NCBI RefSeq assembly: GCF_018350175.1
Contig: NC_058368.1
Location: forward strand, 238,144,001-238,208,000
DNA from: Felis catus
Taxonomy: Eukaryota
Direction of reading: 5' to 3'
DNA: 64,000 bases
The translations under genes and the position numbers were made by a program. The notes under the pieces were generated by a model. The model had not been told where the DNA came from. It saw only the letters and a program-made list of their open reading frames with translations, and ran no database searches. Below are positions 1 to 12,747 of this stretch, in pieces. Position 1 is the stretch's first letter; every line of letters starts with the position of its first letter.

Positions 1-179
1 AGCCTATTAAAGAGGGCAAGGACAACCAAAATACATGACGGGACAGAAAATGTTCGTTATTGCAATGACTTTAGGTGAAAATGAAGTAAACTAACCTGAC
101 CCTTGCAAACAAGAGATGTCGTGGACAAGATGGGGCACAGAGAGGAGCGGTGGGGAATGTGAGGGTCCCAGGGGCTATG

Positions 180-240
180 ACCCCAGTGACGTGGCCCCAG
201 GGGACGTGGCCCCAGGGGATGTGGTATCAGCCCAGGTGGC
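180..240. repeat. Short degenerate tandem repeat (~15-16 bp unit, CCCCAGGGG(G)ACGTGG), about 3-4 copies
   Basis: Visible directly: ccccagtgacgtgg ccccagggggacgtgg ccccaggggatgtgg. Confidence 0.6.
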
Positions 241-347
241 AGCAGGCAGTGTTGCCTTAACTGTCGAGTGACTCCCTGAGCCGGCTGTCACCTTACCTGG
301 GATCAGACCAGGCCTGTGGCTCTCAAATGCCCATAGAGCTTTTGCTT

Positions 348-940
348 CACTACTAGGAATCATCCAAAAGATATAAAAATGCTGATTCAAAGGGGTACAT
401 GGACCCCAATGTTTATGGCAGCACCATCGACAGTAGCCAAAGTATGGAAAGAGCCCCAATGTCCATCGACGGATGAATGGACCAAGAAGATGTGCTTTAT
501 ACACACAACGGAGGATTACTCGGCAATCAAAAGGAATGAAATCTTGCCATTTACAACGACGTGGACGAAGCTGGAGGGTATTATGCTGAGCGAAATTAGT
601 CAGGCAGAGAAGGACAAATATACGATTTCACTCATATGTGGAATTTAAAAAACATACCAGATGAACACAGGGGATGGGAAGGAAAAATAAGGTAAAAAGA
701 GAGGGGACAAACCATAAGAGGCTCGTAAATACAGAGAACAAACTGAGGGTTGCTGGACGGGCGGTGGGTGGGGGAGGGGCAGATGGGGGAGGGGCACCGA
801 GGAGGGCACCCGTTGGGATGAGCACTGGGTGTTTTGCGTAAGTGATGGATCACTAGGTTCTACTCCTGAAGCCACGACTGACTACACTGTATGTAAACTA
901 GTATGTAAACTAACTTGCATTTAAATTAAAAGAAATTAAA
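348..940 (+). mobile_element. LINE-1 3' fragment (end of ORF2 plus 3' UTR), carnivore type, 5'-truncated
   Basis: The translation (…WKEPQCPSTDEWTKKM…YSAIKRNEILPFTTTWTKLEGIMLSEISQAEKDKY…SLICGI*) is the typical L1 ORF2 C-terminus. It is followed by a G-rich 3' UTR and an A-rich tail near 920-940. Confidence 0.9.
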
Positions 941-1132
941 GCCGAGGAAAAATTAAATATGCACTTAAGTCATTTAAAAGTAACCGTAAGAGACTCGCAA
1001 CTCACACCCCTGTTACCTCTTCTGTTTCTTCTCTCAACCACTTAACAACGTGAAAACCTTCCTTGACTTGTGGGCTTCACCGGACAGGCCCACGGCCCGA
1101 CCTGGTCCGCAAGCCGTGGCCGTGGCCGTGGC

Positions 1133-1403
1133 CGTGCCATCCAGCTCCATGGCCACTAGCTCTGTGGGCCGCTGGGCACACGAAATGTATAAATGTCAAA
1201 TGCACAAAAGAAGGGACGTGAAACACTTCGCCACATTTTTTATATTAGGTGCATGTTGAAGTGACAATAGTTTGGATGTTCCAGGTTAAATAAAATACAC
1301 ATTAAAATCAATTTCCTCTGCCTTTTTACTTTGTTCCACTGTGAGTACTAGAATATTTAAAACCCCCACGTGGCTCACATTCTGTTTCTAGGAGGCAGGG
1401 CTG
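1133..1403 (+). mobile_element. MER33-like hAT-Charlie non-autonomous DNA transposon remnant
   Basis: The sequence 'ggccactagc…catgttgaagtgacaatagtttggat…ggttaaataaaata…attaaaatcaatttc…tactagaatatttaaaa…gtggctcacattctgtttcta…agggctg' tracks the MER33 consensus as I recall it. Confidence 0.65.
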
Positions 1404-2809
1404 ACCTGGAATGCCTTCATATTGTACCAATTGTCCCACGTCCCCAGGAAAGAACTCTGCACTCTTAAGAACTCAGCTTACAAACAAAAGCATAAAACAT
1501 GCCACTTGGAAAAACTGGAAAAAATAACCTCCGTCCCCATTCCCCAATTACACAAATTTACTTGTCAAGAACCAAGATATTTCCCAAGCGTACGAGGCAA
1601 AACTCCTTAAGATGAAGTAAGGTTCATTTGGAAAAGAAAGAAAGAAGAGAAGGTCTCCCCAGGCGGAAGCGTGTTTCCGTGGCTGGCTGAGCGCCGTCCT
1701 GGGTCTGCATTGATGGAAGAGAATACGAAGCCGTTCGTAGCCGCAGAGAAATGATTTTAATTCCGCTGCGTGTTTGAGCAAATTGCCAAAATGTAGCCGT
1801 GGTTTTCCTGTGTTACCAATTAGCAGCCTGGCAGGATGACGGAGTCAGGCTCCGGAAACGCCACGGACGGGGGCTCCGTGTCTCTGGGAGGGAGGAGCCT
1901 TTCGGGGAACTTGGTTGTAAAGCAAACTTCCCGGCTTCCATTCTCCAGGTGACCGTTGCCCTGTCGCCGCCCACGGGAAATCGCGCTGCCCTGACGGAGC
2001 CTACGTTTCGTGCAGACAGACAGCAAGTGACAGGCGTGTAGACGGACGGACCGGACGGGACTGTCCTAGATAGCGCTCGGTGCCACGAAGAACCGGGAAG
2101 AGACGCAGGGCAGCGCCGCCGGGTGGGCGTGGGGAGGAGGGACCGTCTGAGCCGAGCGGGGTGACAGGCCGGAGCGCAAAGACGAGGAGGCAGCGGTCCT
2201 GGGCGGACACAGGGACAGGGCGGGACGGAGGCAGGAAGGACAGAAGCCTGAGGCCATCCTTGATGGACCTCCCCACCCCCAGCCCGGTCTAACTCCATGC
2301 TCCCGAGTGACAGGTGGGCGACGGGGCCACCTGCTGGGTGCGCTGGCGGGACTGGAGGGGTTGACGCGTTGGCTCTGAGAAGCCGCCTGGCTGTGGCCGC
2401 GCACTGAGGGAAGGAGGGAGGACCAGGTGTGGGCACCCACAGAGCTGGCCGGTGACACGCCTGTGTGCCCCTGCCCATCTTCCGCCTCGGGCAGGCCCAG
2501 CGGAGGGTCGGGGGCTGACGGCCACCAGGCGGACGGAACGCGGCTCCCAGGATGGCCATGTTAAAGACCTTTGCCCGCCCGTTTGATGAGCCCCCGAGAC
2601 GTGGCCGTTGTAGCAGGACGCCTAGCCTGTCATCGTCCAGCCTTGAGGAGGGACGCGTCTGGGGTGCCCGCAGGGGAGCAAGGCTGGAGAGGACTGTGGG
2701 AAAGAGGCCAGCGCGAGCCAGGAGGACCGCAGTGGGGTCCGGGGCGAGCATGTTGGGGGGGAGGTGGGCAAACAGGGGGCTGACTCGTGTTAAAATGGAT
2801 GTTAGCAAG

Positions 2810-3031
2810 GGGGCGCCTGGGTGGCGCGGTCGGTTAAGCGTCCGACTTCAGCCAGGTCACGATCTCGCGGTCTGTGAGTTCGAGCCCCACGCCGGGCTCT
2901 GGGCTGATGGCTCGGAGCCTGGAGCCTGTTTCCGATTCTGTGTCTCCCTCTCTCTCTGCCCCTCCCCCGTTCATGCTCTGTCTCTCTCTGTCCCAAAAAT
3001 AAATAATTGTTGAAAAAAAAAATTAAAAAAG
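2810..3031 (+). mobile_element. Young Can-SINE (SINEC_Fc-like, felid tRNA-derived SINE)
   Basis: GGGGCGCCTGGGTGGCGCGGTCGGTTAAGCGTCCGACTTCAGCCAGG head, CT-rich region and A tail. A perfect flanking direct repeat AAAATGGATGTTAGCAAGG lies at 2792-2810 and 3032-3050. Confidence 0.95.
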
Positions 3032-3048
3032 AAAATGGATGTTAGCAA

Positions 3049-3169
3049 GGCGCGTGGGTGGCTCGGTCGGTTGAGCGTCCGCCTCTTGATCTTGGCTCGG
3101 GAGACGATCCCAGGGTCGTGGGGTGGAGCCCTGACACGGGCTCTGTGCTGAGTGTGGAGCCTGCTTGGG

Positions 3170-3203
<34 letters not shown>

Positions 3204-3265
3204 CCTGCCTGGCTTGCACAAACTCTCTCTCTCACACATAATAAATAAACCAACCAACCAACCAA
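3049..3265 (+). mobile_element. Older Can-SINE immediately downstream of the previous one
   Basis: Head GGCGCGTGGGTGGCTCGGTCGGTTGAGCGTCCG…, then CCTGCTTGGGATTCTCTC(TC)n and an AATAAATAAAC tail. Confidence 0.9.
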
Positions 3266-6200
3266 CAAAGGACAGCGCCAGCTGCTGTGGAAAAGCACCT
3301 TGTACGGGTCCGGGGTGTTTGTGGCTTTTGTCCAAAAGAAGGTGTTTAACTTCCTGTGCTCAGGTGGTTAAATAAGGGAAATCAAGTCACAAACTTAACC
3401 AACAGGGAGGAATGTAACAAGAAGCCAGTGTCCTCAAGGGGCCCAGAGGCAAGCTTTGCCCCAAGGATCCCCGTGACCACGACCCTGTGCGCTCTGAGAC
3501 CCGGGGGCGGGGGGGTCTTCACTGCGAGCTTTTGCTTCGTGCTCACCGGGAACCACTGACCCGTGAGCTGCCGGCGGCCCTGAACTCATCTTCTGCCAGG
3601 ACCTCCCTCGAGGTCGCACCGTCCCCTCCTCACAACCTTCCAAATGCCGTCCACCAAGCTCCCCGCTCGTCACTCCCGGGGCGAGTCTCGTTCCCCCACA
3701 CGTGGCGGTGCCACGACGCTCGCATGTGGCCACCTCACCTGCCTTCCCGCCTCTCCCATCTCCCGGCTGCCGCCACCGGCCAGCTCCTCTCGGGTGTGGA
3801 CGTGGGGACAGCCGGCCGACCGGGGCGCCCCTCACAGCCAACCCCTTATCATCTCCATCGCCAACAGTTATCTTACAAACCGCCGTGGCCCCTGCCGCCA
3901 CGATGGTCCCCGTCCACCAGAGAGAACCAAGACCGTTAGCTTGAAGGCCGCCGGCCACCTTTTTCCCTCTGCCCTGGTGCTGGCACAACACGTAGCTGTA
4001 GACGCAGACGCCTAGGGCCCGGCTCACTGTTCCCTGTGGCACCGGGGACGCTCCCACCATGTGCTACCAAGGCGGCTGGCTTCCCACGGCCGCCCTGCCG
4101 TCCCCACCACGTGTCGGCCACGTTGTGCCGGAGGCGCCCCTACCTGCCCGCCTTGCTCCCGGCTGTGAGCTGTGGCTCCGCGGGCACCCGTCTGTCGGGC
4201 ACCGAGCTCGGGGTGACGGTGAGGAGACGGTGGGACCCGTGGGCTGCACAGGCCAGACCCTGCTGCTGAATCCAGGTTCACGACCGTTCACGCTCCGCAA
4301 AGAGGAGTTTCCTCCTGCGCCGTGAGGCGAACGTTGTGAACACGCCGGAGGGGGGTGAGGTGGCCGTGGTGTGGGCACGTGTGTGCGCGTGTGACACCCT
4401 CCACAGCGGCTGGCATGGCAGGGGCCCCCGGGACGGGCTCGTAGCCATACATCCGGGTAAACCTCTCCAGTGGGACACAGAGGGGCCTCCAGGGGCACTT
4501 CTGACACGTGCCGGGTGACCCGGGATGCCCAAAGTCCCAACCCTGTCCTTTGCAGGGCAAAGACCAAGTGAGGACACTGCAGGGTAAGCCTGAATTCTTA
4601 GCTGCCGACTTATGGGCCCCACCCACTGCAGTTATCCATGGTGCTGTGTCCTAAGACGTCCCTGAGGTCAGTGCATTAGTAGCTGTGGATCGCCAGTCCT
4701 GCGAGGCACAGGGGGGCTCTGAGAGCCTTCCTCCGGTCGGTACAGAACTCTGTTTCATGAGAGTCTCTGTTCAACGACACGTGGATTCACACACGTTGAT
4801 CTCACAGGGCAGCACGGGTGACAGGCCTCAAGGAAGCTAACCCCAGGGGCCGTGTCGGTGTCCTCCCACGTTCGGGAACACCAGACAGACTTCTCCGCAC
4901 TTCCGGGGACACGGTGAACAACATCACCGATGAGAAAGAACAGACGTGTGGAAAACGTGGTTCCGAGCCGACCGCGAGAAGGACACTTGCCTACTGCGGG
5001 ACAGCCCGGACAAGACAGCAGAGCGTCGCCTTGCTGGGCACGTGGGCACATCGGTGTCCAGAGACTCAACGTTTTCACGCCACGCTCTGTGATGGGTGTT
5101 GATTTGGGGGTACGTATCAGTTTCAGTGAGCAGGTGAACAGTGAGGGTCTCCCGTCTGTGAGCGTGCCGGGCTGTAGGGAAGACGTGGGCCAGAGGCCGT
5201 GGCCCGGCCCAGTTGGATACAGAAAACATGAACAATTGTCGTACGTGAGTTACAGACACGCTGCTGTGTCAGTTCGGGGCCCAGGGGAGGCCAGGGGAAC
5301 CACAAAACCAGGAGAGCGTCTACGGGAGAGACCGGAATTGTGTGGGTCTCACAGGTCAGATGGGCTGTACCTAAATAGTGATGAGAGAGAGACAGAGATG
5401 TGCAGGGAAGGCGTTCCGGGTCCACGAACGTGCTCGCCGTCCGGGACAAACGGACACACGGGTGAGGTTCGCTCCCAGCTGCAGCAGGAGGTTTGGCGCA
5501 ACCCCAGAGCCGCAGGAGAACCGGCAGGGTTTCAATAATCTAACACGAAGGGGGGCCTAGGACAATGTATGGTGGGAAATCACTTCTGATTCGAGCTGCA
5601 ACACCTCTTAACAGCTATGTCACCTCGATGAGAACGATTTCCAGGCGGGTTGTGATCACACTTTCCAAAGCAGACTGGTTGCCCCGCGTGTCCTAGGACG
5701 GCACCCCGGGGTTTCTCTCTGACCCCCTCGGCTGACCGACAGGGAGGGGACTTGCCGAAACCGCATCTGTCCCCACAGGCAGAGTCTGGCAGGCAGCGGC
5801 TCCCCTCCCGGGGCCCAGACCCCCCCACCGCACCGAGGACACAGCACCGTGAGACACGCTCCACCAGGACGACGCTCGCCGGACGGTGGGACAGCAAAGT
5901 CGCACGAGTACCAGAAACGCTGGACCGCGGTTTGATTCCTGGGGGCTCCGCCTGCAGGGTCCACGCCACTTCAGGCAGGACCGGGTCCGTGAGCGCAGCT
6001 GGCGAGGCCTCCGAGGTGGGTTCCCGCCAGCGCACGGGCACCACGTGGCCGCTGAGGCACGGGTGGCCGGCCCTGGGAGCTCGGAGGTGCGTTACCACAA
6101 AAGAGAGATCCTGGAGAAAACTTAATGAGCTAACGGTGATTTCAGACCCGCGATTCTTCCTTCAAGGGGGTCAGGAGAGGGCTCTGTGGGAAGGCGGCTT

Positions 6201-9200
6201 CCTCTGGGCCCATGGGGTCCAGGGCGAGGCTGTTGGGGTATCCGTCATCCACGGAGACGGGGCCACGCAAGGTGGCCTGAGATCTGCACGGACAGCTGTG
6301 CGGGAAACCACAGGGCCCGCTCCGTGGGGCCCCTCTCCCGCAGCCCGATCACCCCGTCACTCGGCCCTGCCCTCCAGACGCCACCAGGAGGCCGAGAGGC
6401 CGGCTGCCGTCCTCTTGTGACTCCGGCGTTCGCAAGGACCTCAGTCACGGCAGTAACAGCAACAGTGGTGAGCACCCCAACACGAACAGAGGGCAGGCCC
6501 CTTCGTGTTGATTTCAAAGTTCCCGGGAGAGGCCCCTCTGACCCTCTGCAGGACGCGGCCAAGATCAGGGTCTGGAGACACGGCCTCTCCAGCTGCACTT
6601 CCGTCCCAGGGAAGGTCGCCTTCCCGGCCTGGTGACAGCCACCCTCCGCCACCAGCCCCAGCACGCCCCTAGAGGCCCTGGCCGCCTCCCGGGGTACCGG
6701 GAAACGGTGCAAGCAAAGCGCATCCTCATTTTAGCATACACAAAAGCCATGCTACCTTGCTACAGAGAAATCTCTGGGGAGGAGGGGGCCCAGGCCTGGA
6801 GCTGACGGGGAGCTCCCCTCCGGGCCGGACGTGGGCATCATTAGTGTAGATGGAAATCCACGGGGGTGGATGAGAAAAAGCCAGGATCCCGGGGCCCCAA
6901 ACTCAAAGAGCAGGTGGACGAGGGGACCTGGGGACAGACGAGCCGCCCCACCAGTGGGAAGATGTGGAGAAACGCATCGGGTCACCCGGGCCCGGAGTTG
7001 AGTGCGTGCCGTTTTAGCGAGTGTCGGGCAGAATCCAGGTAAGAGCCGGAAACGAGCGCCAGGGGCCGGCCCAGCAGGCGGCAGGAGGTGACATGCGTGC
7101 TGTTCGGGCAGCCAGGACTCGGCCCCGGTCGGCCGAGTGGCTTCCTTCTCCAGGTGCCCTTGTGACAGCCCTGCCCAGCCCCAAACTCCCCCTCCGCCTG
7201 CTCCCGGGCCCCCAGACTGGCCGGGTCTGCACTCCTGGGACCCGCGGGCCGGGCCCCATCCATCCTCCCTCTGCCAGGGTCCCCGCAGCCGTCTGTGAAC
7301 TCCGGGCTGAGCAGACTTGTCGTCACACCCCCAGCCCGAGAAAGGACAGGAAAGGACAGGCCGGCCGGTTTCTGGAACTCGTCGGTCAGGCTGGGTGGCT
7401 CCGATGAGTGTGGATGGGAGGCCCGTAGACCGCGTGGCGCTGTCCCCAAATCCCCCAGGATTTAGGACTTGAGTTTTAGTGTGTGAACAGCCCTACGTAT
7501 CACTTGAAAACGAACAAACACGTTCACTCAGTGAGTTTAGATTCTGTGGCTGAAGAGCCTTGAGAATCTCCTTTTGTGCCAAAACAGAGAAGCAGGAAGT
7601 ACTCCTCTCCAGCAGCCGCCGCTCTGAAAGCGTGGCCAGCTTGTCCGGAGACGCTTTCGAAGGCACGTCAGACCAAACGACAAGGGCCATTGGCGTGACG
7701 GCCACCATCTCCCAGGCGGCCCCCAACCCTGCCAGCAGCGCCGGTTACGTGACGTTACGTCGCCAGAGATGCCACGGGGAACGGACACGGGAGCTGCCCC
7801 ACGGGGCCCCGGGGTCCAGGGACAGAGGTCGGCTCCAGCCTGGGCCATGCCCTGTGTCACCCGGGGCGCCGGGACTCACGCCTTCAGGACGGGGGGCTCT
7901 GGGTGCTGCAGGGGCCGAGGTGACACGGCGGTGTGCGGGCAGGCGCCCCCGTCCCAGGTCGTGGGCTCCGTGGGGCCCGATCCACAGATGATGAAGCCGT
8001 AGGTCACGGTCAACAGCCAGCAGGTGGCAGGACTGAGTGAGCCCGAACCCGGGGATGCTGTGCCACACAGTCACTCTTGACTGTGGGGCATCCAGTCGGC
8101 CACGGCTCCGGAAGGACACCCGGCAGCACGTCATGTGACTAACGAGGCCGCGAGGGCGCTCAACTACCCTCTTCATCAGGGCCCCAGAAAGCAGCGTGGG
8201 GGCTCCGAGAAGCCCCTAGGGGAGGGGGCACCACAGTTGAGACTCCGGGGTCGTGAACCGGCTGAGGTGTCATGGAACCCTCGCAACGCGAGGGCGTCAG
8301 GACGCCCAGAAAGGAGGCTGGACCCAGAGCGATGCACCGGGCGTGGCGGGACTCGCGGCCAGGCGTGGCCTCTCAGAAGGCCTGCTGGTCTCCCCCCACC
8401 CCTTCTCTTCAGCTGGGAAAGCGGCGGGGGGAGCGGTGACTCCACAGAGGAAGGCACACAGGTGCAGACGACCCGGCGGGATTTTTCACCTGACGTCGGG
8501 ACACCTTGCCAGGCCCGACCCCTCGCAGTTTGCCTCGTCTGAGAGGGAGTGCAGCGGGTGTTCGCCCAGCACAATGCTCTGTCCCTTAGGATAAACGCAT
8601 CCTGAACTTGCTCAAGGGACACGCGCCAGTTAGAATGGTAACATTTTCCTGTGAGAGAATTACGCCTGCCCAGCCTGGTTCTTGCAAGGCCGCGGCAATA
8701 ACCTTTCCGAAGGAAAGGTGAAGACTGTGTTAGTATCGTGTTAATATCACACGCCCCACGGTGATCCTGACGTTCGAAGTCAGAAGCTGAGCCCGAGAAA
8801 TTACGCGATCCCTTTAAAACAATAACTCCCGATACCTACATTGAGCCACTAGAACCTCATAGTCTTCTGAGCATCTTATAGATCATAATATTCTGGGTTC
8901 GTTTTTATAGTAAGCGATTAATAATCGGAAAGTGACCTGTGATAGCGTAATTACATCTAACAGCGTGCTGAGGCCGTTAGATTAACAGACCTCTGATTTA
9001 TCGTGGGAAATGCAGGTGGAGCTCTGGGGACAATCTAGCGTTCTAGAAGACCAGTTGTGTGTGTCGCAGGGACCCGGAAGAACCGACCCACGGTGGGCAC
9101 AGACCCTGGAGAAAGGGCTCATGTGGCGGGAACTCTACCCCAAAACTCGACCGAGTGAAACGTTCCACGAAATAGGAACTTCCTTTTCGAAGCATGTTTT

Positions 9201-9370
9201 AAAGTGCTGTAGAACACAAGGTTTTCCCCAAGGACAGCCGAAGATCAACGAGGCCACCTAGGAAACATCAGGGTCCTGGTTAGAAAGAGGTCTGGGGCTC
9301 GCAGATTACGTGGTGATGATGCAGGTCAAATGTCATACCAAAAAGACAGCATCACAGGAGAAACTGCTCT

Positions 9371-9560
9371 TTTTTTAAGTTTATTTCTTTTTGAGAGACA
9401 GAGGTGGGGGAAGGGCAGAGAGAGGGAGAGAGAATCCCAAGCAGGATCCACGCTGTCGGCACAGAGCCCGACACGGGGCTCGAGCTCACAAACCATGAGA
9501 TCGTGATCTGAGCCAAAGTCAAGAGTCGATGCTTAACCCACCGAGCCCCCCATGCGCCCC
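9371..9560 (-). mobile_element. Can-SINE (older subfamily), reverse orientation
   Basis: T-rich tail, gagagaatcccaagcagg…, ending …cttaacccaccgagccccccatgcgcccc, the reverse complement of the SINE head. Confidence 0.9.
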
Positions 9561-9587
9561 CCGCCCGATGTTTAAAAAGAAATCGTT

Positions 9588-9813
9588 GGGGCGCCTGGGT
9601 GGCTCAGTCAGTTAAGTGTCCGACTTCAGCTCAGGTCACGATCTCTCGGTCCGTGAGTTCGAGCCCCGCGTCGGGCTCTGGGCTGATGGCTCAGAGCCTG
9701 GAGCCTGCTTCCGATTCTGTGTCTCCCCCTCTCTCTGCCCCTCCCCCGTTCATGCTCTGTCTCCCTCTGTCTCAAAAATAAATAAACATTAAAAAAATAA
9801 AAAATAAAAAATA
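9588..9813 (+). mobile_element. Can-SINE (SINEC_Fc-like)
   Basis: Canonical head, body and tail; AAAAGAAATC flanks both sides as a target-site duplication (TSD). Confidence 0.95.
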
Positions 9814-11489
9814 AAAAGAAATCCTGTGCCATCCCGAGGCGATGGGTGGGGGCCCAGGACCCTGCTCTTCCTTGTTTCTTGTTTGGACCTGCGCCGTACC
9901 CCGGAGCCGCCTGGACTCTGTCAGGGTGTCTGGCACCGGGTCCGCTGGCAAGGGGAGGGGTGCGGGGAGAGGGGAGGCAGGTGGGGGGCGTGGCGCTGGG
10001 AAGCGGAGAGCCGTGGGAACCGGCGATGACAGACGAGGGGCGGGAGCCCAGCCCTGTGATGAGGGCCCCGCCTGGGGCGGCCCCAGGTGGTGGTGCAGGG
10101 CGTGCACGGACGGCCCCGGTGCGCGCCCCTGGAGAAGCCCCAGCAGCAGCGCCGGTGGGGGGGCCGTTTGCTGAGCGCGAACAAAAGGCCGAGGGCCTGC
10201 CAGCCTTTCCAGCAGAGCCGCCCCGCCTCGCCCTCCGGGGCCAGGGAGGGGCCCTTCCCCGACTTGAAAGGGAAGCGTGATGATCGGGCGCCCACACGAG
10301 CCCTGTGGTGGGTTTGCCCGACGGGGGCGCACGCCTGGGGCTGGCTTCTCAAAGAGCCCACGACAACTAGCTGTGGTTCTCTGTCCTCACGCCTTAAATG
10401 TCGTACTGCTGACAGTATTCGGGTGGCTGTTCTCCGTTCCCCAGACACGACTCGTGTTGCACACAAGAAACGCCGTGAGTCTAACCGTCCCCCTCCGTCC
10501 CTGCAGTGACGTTCCCGAGGGCTCCGCACCCACAGACGGAGGGAGGCCTGCTGGGTCGAGAGCGGCGATCCCGACCTCGACGGACAGGAAAACGAGGGGT
10601 CGCTCACCTGAGGACGTCTGCTCATGCGGCCTGATGATGCACTGACGCGGCCGCTGGGCCACCAGCGGCCTCTGTGTCACCGAGCCCACAGAGAAAGAGA
10701 AACACGTCGCCGGGAGTGTGGGGTCGGAGCACCTGAAAGACAGAAGGGACCTCCATCCTGGAGACGAGCACAGAGCACAGACACTGTCGGGTGACGTGTC
10801 CCTTGGTGCCACGGCCGCTGCTCACGGCTCGCAGAAAACCCGTCCAAACCCGCCCTCCACGGTGAAGACACTGCTTACTCTCCTTTGGGGCCAACGTGGA
10901 ATCAGATGACAGTTTTGCAGGAAAGTCGGGGCCTCTGCTCGGAACACAGAGGGAAGAAAATCTGTAGGGAACGTCTGTGCAGCCAGAGCAGCACCACGGG
11001 CTGGGCAGACCCGCTCCGGCCAGGGCGCATCCGGGGTGGGTGTCACCCCACGGCCCACCCCCCCCAACCCTGGGGTGTGAGCGTGCCCGCAGGGGGAGCC
11101 CAGGGCTGCAGCAGGAGGCAGACGGCCGGTGCGGGAGGGAACCAAAGGGACGGCCCTCTGGACACTCACTCTGGGAAAGCAAGGCCCTGCCGGGGCTGCG
11201 TCTCCACCGAGGTCCCTCTGACCACGTCTCCCCAGCTCCCCACGGCCGGCCGCTGTGTGTTTCTCATCCTCCTGGCCCCGCACAATGGCAGGGACAGCCT
11301 CTCGCTGCTCCCCCTGTGCTGCCTCAGCTCCCGTGTCCATCAGGACCCGCAGTGAGACGCTGAGACATTAACTGCTGGCAGGATGGACCACAAGGCGCCC
11401 GCCTAGGAGGCCAAGGTCTGGCGAGACCAGCCTGACATGTGTCAGGAAGGCTGGCCAGGGGCCCCCTTCACAGGCAGGGTCTCTGCTTC

Positions 11490-11650
11490 GGGGGAGCCTC
11501 GGCTCTGTCCTGAAGGCCTTTCAACTGATTTGACCAGGCCCACCTAGATGACACAGGATAACCTCCTTTACTCAGTCACTGAACTCTGGAGTTTGCTCCC
11601 ATCTACACAACGTTGGCTGCACCACCCGGAGGAGTGTTTGGGCAAATGGC
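11490..11650. mobile_element. Eroded MLT2-like (ERVL) LTR fragment
   Basis: 'aggcctttcaactgatttgaccaggcccacctagatgacacaggataacctcctttactcagtc' resembles the recalled MLT2 motif aggccttcaactgattggatgaggcccacccacatt…ctttactcaaagtc. Confidence 0.45.
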
Positions 11651-11877
11651 AGCAGGAAAGCCCTGCGCCCCTCCATCGAACTGGCAGGAAAACCAACGTG
11701 TCTTTCGGGCCTTTGTCCTTCCCGGAGCCCCACCTCCCAGAGCTGACACGGGTGGGGAAAGACCGCTGGAGCCCGGCCGGTCGTGTCTTCGGGCTGCAGG
11801 CTCCTGGCCCGGCTGCCCACAGGGTTCAGGGCTTAAGGGGACCTGCGGTTCTGAAAGCAAACGTCGTGTGGAACTCA

Positions 11878-11966
11878 AGGGACTGGGAGTCCAACCCCGG
11901 ACGGTCATCGGGCGTGTGGCCAGGGCAGCTCACCACAGTGAGGCCCTCTGCCTCAGTTTCTCTCTA
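11878..11966 (+). mobile_element. Possible MIR core remnant
   Basis: 'gtgtggccagggcagctcaccacagtgaggccctctgcctcagtttctctct' resembles the MIR core (tgtgaccttgggcaagt…ctctgtgcctcagtttcctcatct). Confidence 0.35.
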
Positions 11967-12159
11967 GGGGGGTGAGAAGGAAACCCACAGCTCCCCGCAG
12001 GCCACGTGGGGCCACCCGAAGGATCAAGATTCAAATAGACTTCATCACTTTGGGCCCCAAGAGGAGGGAAAGCACAGAGAAGCCCACGTCAGGGAGGTTT
12101 CGCAGGAAAACACAGACAGGCTGCACCCCTCCCCTCAGCCCCGCCAGGCCCCGGCCCCG

Positions 12160-12650
12160 AAGGACACGGAGGGACCTCGAATGCGTGTTCCACCATGACG
12201 GGAGCCAGTCGGAAAAGGACGCACGGTGTACGACCAAGTCCAGGACCTTCTGGAAAAGGAAAACTGTGGGGTCACTGAAGAGCTCAGTGGGGTCGGGGTG
12301 TGGGGGAAGGGTGAGCAGGTAGAACACAGAGGGCTCACCGGGCAGGGGCACTCATACGACACGACCACGACGGACACGTCACGTGAGCCATGGTGCACAC
12401 TGCACCACAGTGTGTCACTCGTCACGTGGCCATAACTCACGCTGCCCCGTGGCGCACCACAGCATGTCAGTGCTGGTCCCTCCGCTGCAACGCGCGTCCC
12501 GCGCCCGCACTCATGCAGGACGTTGGGACCCGGGAAGCTGTCAGTGGGTGAGAGCGAACGGTTGGGGGGGGGGGCTCCCTGTACTTCCTGTTCAGTCTTC
12601 CCGTAAACCCAGAACCGCTCCCAGAAAGAGCCGATGAGCCATAAAAACAG
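12160..12650 (+). mobile_element. Ancient L1 (L1MC-like) 3' end, strongly GC-shifted
   Basis: Collinear with the recalled L1MC 3' consensus: 'agccagtcggaaaagg…ttctggaaaaggaaaactgtgggg…gctcagtgggg…aacacagagg…' and 'ctccctgtacttcctgttcagtcttcccgtaaacccagaaccgctc'. Confidence 0.55.
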
Positions 12651-12747
12651 ATCCTCCGACCGAATGAGCAAAAGCCTCCCGCTTCCCTCCCGCGCACCGC
12701 CCCAAGCAGGCCTGCGGCTCCCGTCACAGCGGCCATCCTCCCGCCAC

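Noticed and set aside
2810..2890. tRNA gene (A/B-box-like sequence)
   Set aside because: It is the tRNA-derived head of a Can-SINE. The same applies to all other copies.
4850..5550. Possible ancient L1 remnant or unannotated exon
   Set aside because: Similarity is too vague to assign by eye, and there is no convincing ORF or splice pair.
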